A DNA stretch of 64,000 nt from the human T2T-CHM13v2.0 reference genome, Homo sapiens: the NCBI RefSeq assembly GCF_009914755.1, contig NC_060929.1. The stretch is one strand, 5' to 3'. Positions within the stretch are counted from its first letter, which is position 1. Each line of letters opens with the position of its first letter. The notes beneath the pieces are model-generated. The model was not told the DNA's origin, did no database searches, and saw only the letters and a program-made list of their open reading frames with translations. Positions 55,415 through 64,000 of this stretch are shown here, piece by piece. A program made the translations under genes and the position numbers.

Positions 55415-58400
55415 GTAAGTATTAATTGGATTGGGGGAGTAGCAGTTTAATGGAGGGCAGTGATTTGAAATCAGTGAAAGGTTCTCTTTGAGGGTTATGA
55501 GCATATTAATCTTTTACTGTCAGTTTCTAAAATGCATTTATCATGCCTAATGCAGAAACAAACTAGAGAGAGCCACTGAGAGGCAAGATTATAAACTGTA
55601 TCTGGAGAGATTCATGAGTAATAGTAATTAAGGAGTTGCATGCAGATGTTGATGGCCGCCAATACTGTGTGGTCCCATTTGTATAGTATTGGCTTTCTGT
55701 CTGTGGCAGGATGCTTAATTCCACTCCACTCAACAGACAGTTTATTTACCTGCTGGTTCATGCTATAAATCGACTGCACTTAGAATCAACATTGGTGAAT
55801 GTAAGATTTTACCTGTCAGACAGGTAGATGGATAGAAAGGAAGGGAAGGAGAGAGGGAGGAAGGGATGAGAAGGGAAAGGAGAGCCAGAAAAGAAAAGAA
55901 ATGGAAGAAAGAACATTTATGTTGTTGTTTGTATTATAGAATAAGAGAACGCTTAAATGACAGATTCTTCCCCAACTGAGCCTTTAAATCAGAGAGGAAA
56001 AGTGACAAAGCACCATCTGTTTCCTTCTAGGTTGTTTCCATTTAAACATCCCTTATGACAGACATTTAACTGTTTAGGGAAGAGCTGTGATTGGCAAATT
56101 ATTCATGTATTTGGCTTTTCTCTGCTTCATTTTAAAACATTTGAGATGTTGATTTTGGAGAGAAAGTGTTGGTAGTAGTACTTTGGTCCCTTGAAACTAA
56201 TCTTCAAGTGGGCTGTCTGAACTGGCTATTATGTGAATTGTGAAATGTGTACAGTAGCCTTGGGGCAGTCTGAGGATGAATTTTTATGAGGTGTTTCCCA
56301 CAGGAATGGACATTATAGACCTGCAAAGCCAGAGCAATGTGCATTTTTTATTCACACACATTGGTGGCAATTACAACAGCAAATACAACCTTTAATAACA
56401 CTCTCAACAAAATTTGCTGCATAGTTAATTCCTAAGAATGAAAGACCATACAAAGTTAAACATTGATGATGTTGTTTTGTATAATATTTGGACATTACCA
56501 AGAAAAAGTTAGGAAGCCAAGTTCTTCTATATCCTGAACTATCTTTAAAGACAAAAATAATTTAAGTTTCTAATTGTAGTGCTTTGAGTAACACTAAATA
56601 TTATTTAGAACATACATTCATAATTAAAATCCTAGCCATAAAGCTTTCCTTAATTTCATATTAACACACTTGGCCACCTAAGAGAAAATAATATTTACTC
56701 GCAAAAGGAATTTCCCATGAATTTTTTTTTCCTAATTTATATTTTCTATGTCCAAGTTCAGGGGTTGTTTTGAGTCCTGTTTTCACACCAGCTATGAAGA
56801 GAAGGCCACCCTACACACCTGTGTAAATATGGTAGTCATGTGTTACAGCAGTATTACACATCTCACATTAATAGGTTTGTTTCTGGAGATTGGTGGTAGT
56901 ATATGATTTTAGAACCAGTGACTGTAAGGACTATAAATATATATCCTGTGTGTTATTGCTCTCCTACTATAAATGTGTTTACGTTCACATAATTTAAAAT
57001 GAAAAAATACAAGTGAGTATATTCAGTCAAGTAAAATATTCACAGGAAACACATAAAGGTCTATATTAGAACCAGAGTGCTAAATGTTTTCATACTTTCT
57101 TAGGCACTTTTCTTCTAAGATTAAACTATTCCAAGTTATAAGGTCCTTAAAAGGTCTTGTAAGATTAATAACTATTTTCAGTATTTCTTCCTTTGTTTAT
57201 TACTTGGAGGATTGCATGGATACTGAAATTTTTTGTTCCCTATTCACAATGGGTTGTTTCATCTTCTGTGTGAGTCCTTTAATGAACTATGCCCAGGTGG
57301 TTTGTGGTTACTGTTGTTTACATAATTCAGCAACCAAAGAAGTTTAAGTATAGACAAATTAGAACTGGAAAATGGAAAACTAGAGACAATTAGCAAATAA
57401 TCATTTATATAAAAGAATAAGTAAAGGAAATTTTGCATGCGTTATCTCGTTAATTCTTAGGACGATCCTGTATAGATAGTCTCATTTCATAGCTTGAGAA
57501 ACAGAGACAGAAACATCTATATCTGTGACTTAATGAGGAGCTAAGACAATAGTTTGTATGGAATTCTCATTTATGTAACGGCTGGACCGTTACCATCATC
57601 TCTACCTGCCATTGTTCACTAAGAGCCTGCCAGACACTGTAAGATACTGAAAGCTAAACATAACCTAAGCCAATTTTCAGAAGAGGAAACAGAAAGTCAG
57701 AGAGGTTAAGGAATCTGCCCAAGCTTTTTACTAGCTATGTATTAACCTAGTCGTACTTCAGATTTTGGTGTGGGGATAGTGATACAAAGGGAGAAATGAG
57801 CAAAGTTATCAAGTGCATAGGTGGAGCTGAAATATAGCAAGAGCAGCACCGTTCTTTCTTCCTCACATCAAATACAATTATTCTTTCATTCCTTTACCTT
57901 CACTCCCTACTGGATACACTCTGGCCAGTTTTGCCAAAGGAAAAATAAACCTCAAACCATCTTAACAAAACAAATAACAAATACCCATGAAGATTTAAAG
58001 ATTTGTAGAAGGAAAGGGGCTTGGATAGTTATATGTTGGGAGAGTGACCATACATAGCTTTTCCAGACTCCCAAAGTGAAAGTTTTGCCTATAGGGTAGC
58101 CTATGCTTTTTCCATTCTAAGGGATTCTGATGGCATAGAGAATGAAGCTATAGCCTTTTTGTGGATTGTCCCAAATTCCAGATCTCAGGATGCCTTATCC
58201 TGAGATTAGACATGGTTGCAAATGAAGAGCTGTAAAAACCCATAATACTTTGTTCGTTCTTTTCTGTTTTTAATTATTTTTATTTCTCATAGTCATTCTG
58301 TTTGTTTATTCTTTCCTTAAGACACTTAATGATTTTATACCTTCTGTTTTCATTATCTGTGCCTCTTTAAATTTTTGTATTCCAGCAGGATAGGCACCGA

Positions 58401-60494
58401 CTCAATAATTGCTTGCTGAATGCGCGAGTGAATACTAAATAAGGATTTTGGCCGTTTTCTGACTCAGCATTTCAAACAGTAGATAATTTACCTTTCTACC
58501 TTGAATTATATTCTAATCTAAGGAATCATTGTTTTGCTTGTGTTTATGAAAAGCCATTGTGCATGAATTCAGCAAACTTAAAATTCTGCTACATATAAGT
58601 TATTGGGTAATAGGGATGTGAAGTATGATGCCTGTTTAAGGAAGTCACAGGCTAGCAGAATTCTAGACAAGAATAAAAGTGTTAAAACATATAAAAAGGA
58701 CTTTCTCCTTGAACTTTTCAAATTTCTGAAGAAAATTACAAAAGACAATACAATTTACATTATTAATACTAGGACAGACTCTCTTGATGGCATTAAAAGT
58801 CAAAATTCGATTTGAATAACTCACTATTTTGGCTTTATGTTTATATGCTAGTTATATAACCCATCTTAAACATACTTCTAAATTTTGAGCAAATACCATC
58901 ACAGTCATTATGGAACTCATATGTGTATATGCCTGTTATATTTACATATGAGCATATAGCATGTGTGATGTGTCTATATATCTGTATTTAATTATTGAAT
59001 GTGAATTACAGTAGGTGTTTGAAGAACTGCAATGATGAAGATAAAAATATGTTTTATATTTTGAACAAAATTATAGCTTTCCCTAGGGCATTGTGTGTTT
59101 TTTTTGTTGTTTTAATAAGAAACCATAGAATTTGAATGGGTGAAAGTATAATAATATCTGCATTTGACCACTGAACTGTGGTGCTGTCTAAAAGGTGTTT
59201 TACAGACACTCAGCGGAATTGGCTCTGACAGCAGCCCACTCAGCCAAGAAATTTGACTGTCATCTTCATCCACTTGCTTTCCCTCACATGGATGACCTGT
59301 AAATAATTGTGTCTTTTCCTTAGTGAATGATGACAGGTCCCTATCTATCAAATTGCACTACATAAATGAGATAGAAGCCATTGAATTTAGAAACAGATGA
59401 AATTAATCTAATGATTCATTGTTTTTCATTTTCTTGGGCTTCTCTCTTGAATGTAGAACAGTTTCTTTTGCAGAATTGCACAGTTAGATTTGAATAGTTC
59501 AAAATATGACCTTTCTTAAAGCACATGATCAAGTGATGTCCAGATACTTTGAGAACTGCATGAACAATTCAATTTTGATCATGCTTATGGGTCACTAGAT
59601 AGTACGACATAAAGACCGAGGTCTGGGCAGGGTACATAGCTCGTATATCCATGTTTTATGGCTTTGGCAGCAGTAAGTAGAGGAGAGTATCTGTGTATGT
59701 ATGCATATGTGTGTGTACATGTGTGTGAGTCCTCATCCCCATGCAATCATTCTGTTACCTTTCTGCTTCCAATGAGTTGTCTAAGTATCCTTTCTCTTCT
59801 GTCTTCAACTAGGACTTCTTTCAAACATAAATAATGAGTAGTCTCTGTCTCACAGATGATGACTGAGTATTTCCCACCAATCACCCTGGAAAACACTTAG
59901 TTTCTTAGTGAAAGCTACTTGGAAAGAGCTATGATGAAAAACAGAAATAAGACATATATAGTAGAGGTTTTGATGAGTGGATACAGCCCATTTTTCTTGG
60001 TCATAATCATGAAGGAGAAGTTGTTGCTATATACCTTGTCTCAGAGTCTCAGAGTTTCTTAAACGTCTTCTATCCTTTGGTCACCCAAGTACGCATGTTT
60101 CCAAATTGACAACGTCCAACATCTCCTCAGCTTTTCTCAAGTAATAAAAAACAGTGAGAGATGAATAGGAGCCATTTCTAATGTCTTCAATTAGGTACAT
60201 CTAATGATCACCAAAAATTAATTGACATGTTGATATAGCTATTTTAATGGAGAAATGTTAAAATCCTTCATTCCCCCAACCTACCACCTCCTCCCAGCTA
60301 GCTATTTCAGCAGGAACTACTTTAGTAGTCAACTCTTAAAAGATCACTATGAGTTGGTCTAGTCAGAGAAAACTTCATGATAAAGGTATGCAAAATTTCA
60401 TCTGGACCTCTGAAGATGACCTATTTGAATATGCAAAGGGGTGAATATTTTAGTGGCCCACAGTATGAGCCCAAACACACTGGGCACAAGTATG

Positions 60495-60730
60495 AGAGAC
60501 AGTATCATATAGTGGTTAAAAGAGCAAGCTCTGAGCCAGAACACTCCACATTCAGATCCCAGCCTCACCACTTTCTAGCTATACTACTAGGGGACAAATT
60601 ACTTCACTTCTCTTTCCTGAAGGCTCATCTATTTGGGAGGACAAAGAACCAGACTCATAGGGTCATTGAGAAGTAAATGAGTGCCTGGCACATGGAAAGC
60701 CCTCAGTAAATGTTAGTAGTTGTGATTATT
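60495..60730 (+). mobile_element. MIR
   Basis: atagtggttaaaagagcaagctctgagccaga...gtgcctggcacatgg. Confidence 0.7.
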
Positions 60731-61225
60731 AAGTGAGGGAGTTGCCTAATGAGAATGAGGAGTGGATGTAAAGATTGCCATATTGGAAATGTAGTGAGCT
60801 AGAGGACTGGCACAATGTTACGCATAGCCCTAAAAGGCTAAGGGTATGGGCTTGATTCTGTAGGAAATTAATAGTGGACTATTATAGGAATGACATTACA
60901 AAAACAGGGCTTAGTAAAGCTTATGCTGTTTTATCTTGCATAGCTTGGCTGATGAAGTCTATTGATTCTTTGATATATATCATAATTTTAAAAGAGATAT
61001 CATCTAGAAATTTAGTTTTTGTGTTGTGTGTTGAAATTTCTTTATTCAGAGGTGAGGATTGTTTTATTTGAAATTGATGTTCAATATATAGGTTTGCTCA
61101 GGTGTCTTATTTCTTAGTTAATTTGGTGGCAGCAGCTTGAAGTCCTCATAAACCACCATAAGCATTCTTTACCAATGGTACATCATTGTCCATACTAGCA
61201 GGAATTAATGACAATTTCACTATTA

Positions 61226-62908
<1,683 letters not shown>

Positions 62909-64000
62909 TTACATTTCTCTGTACCTTTTTGGCTCAACTGCAAGATTATGAACATTAAGGTTGATTGATCCTAAACTTAAATTGCAATTTAGAGCATTAC
63001 TATCTTTACTTTGAGCAGTTTTTGAAGCATAATCATTATTTTTTTGGAAATAAAGAAATGTTGATAGTAAGATTTTAGGGTTTGTAATTTTTTTTATTCA
63101 TGACATACCTTTTATATTATATTTTCTTGAACCTCACACCTTCCCAATTCTCTCAATATTAAATATGGCTTGAAAATACAAACAGTCTTAGAATACTGAC
63201 TCTTTATCATAGATAGGAACACAATCACTAGAGGCTTCCTATGCCTGCCTCAGATCTCAGCACTAAAACGATTTTAGGTGATACAGCTAAACTCACATGA
63301 TATAATACAGAGTTCCTTCCAGTGGTCTCCTTGAATAAAATAATTCTAAAATATCAACTAATTTTTATCTTTAGAAATTCTTTATGAATTTATTTTAAAA
63401 GAAACCTGCTTTTGCTCTTTGTCCTGTACATTTAAAGGAGCATTACAATCCCAATTTAACTAAGATGAGTTGGTTAAACTCAAACTATGCTCACATAATA
63501 GAGTATATTCAGTCACTATAAATGGGGACTATAGTCAGAATTACTGGTAATTCGCCCGTGAAACCTTTAAAAGATATACTTACCTGGGAATAACCGCTGG
63601 AGATTTGACCAAGATGTTGATGGGGGAGGCGAGAAGGGACTCATCTAGATTGACTCTAGGCACTTGTATTTTTACCAAGTTCCATAGGTAATAATTTAAA
63701 GTCCAGGCTAAAAATGGCTGCTTAAGAAAATTGTTTAATAACATGTAAAAATACCCATGATATGCAAACTAAGCTATTTACAGTGTATAACACGATTACA
63801 TTGGGAGGAAAAAAGAAAGTTAACAATAGTTATCCCTAATATATACAAGCAACAATTCTAGAATGCCAAAGTTCTTCAGATCCAAACTTGCAAGTCGGTG
63901 CTTTTTTATTCAATAGGTCAATTATCTATGCTCTGTAGTATTCCTCTACAGAATATTTTTTGGCTAAAAATAATTGTTCCTGCCATTTCCAATGGTAATT

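Overview
Human (primate) genomic DNA, AT-rich and repeat-dense, covering the 5' part of PAM (peptidylglycine alpha-amidating monooxygenase) on the + strand. Three coding exons are visible (20209-20297, 21286-21406, 55357-55414). They splice in frame to MAGRVPSLLVLLVFPSSCLAFRSPLSVFKRFKETTRPFSNECLGTTRPVVPIDSSDFALDIRMPGVTPKQSDTYFCMSMRIPVDEEAFV(I): signal peptide, propeptide and start of the PHM domain. The rest is intron filled with Alu, L1, MIR, L2, MaLR/ERV LTRs and DNA transposons (two Tigger3-type copies, MER20, MER58). I found no support for a new multi-gene system. The best leads are: (i) a three-uORF cassette in the 5'UTR, including an ATGA stop/start overlap and a uORF in frame with PAM; (ii) overlapping tandem 5' splice sites at the third coding exon; (iii) a young L1PA with a twin-priming inversion plus a short 3' transduction; (iv) a possible AUG-containing circRNA; (v) a triply nested Tigger3 with an Alu inserted in its terminal repeat. 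Repeat subfamily names are recognised from memory of consensus sequences and old-repeat boundaries are approximate.
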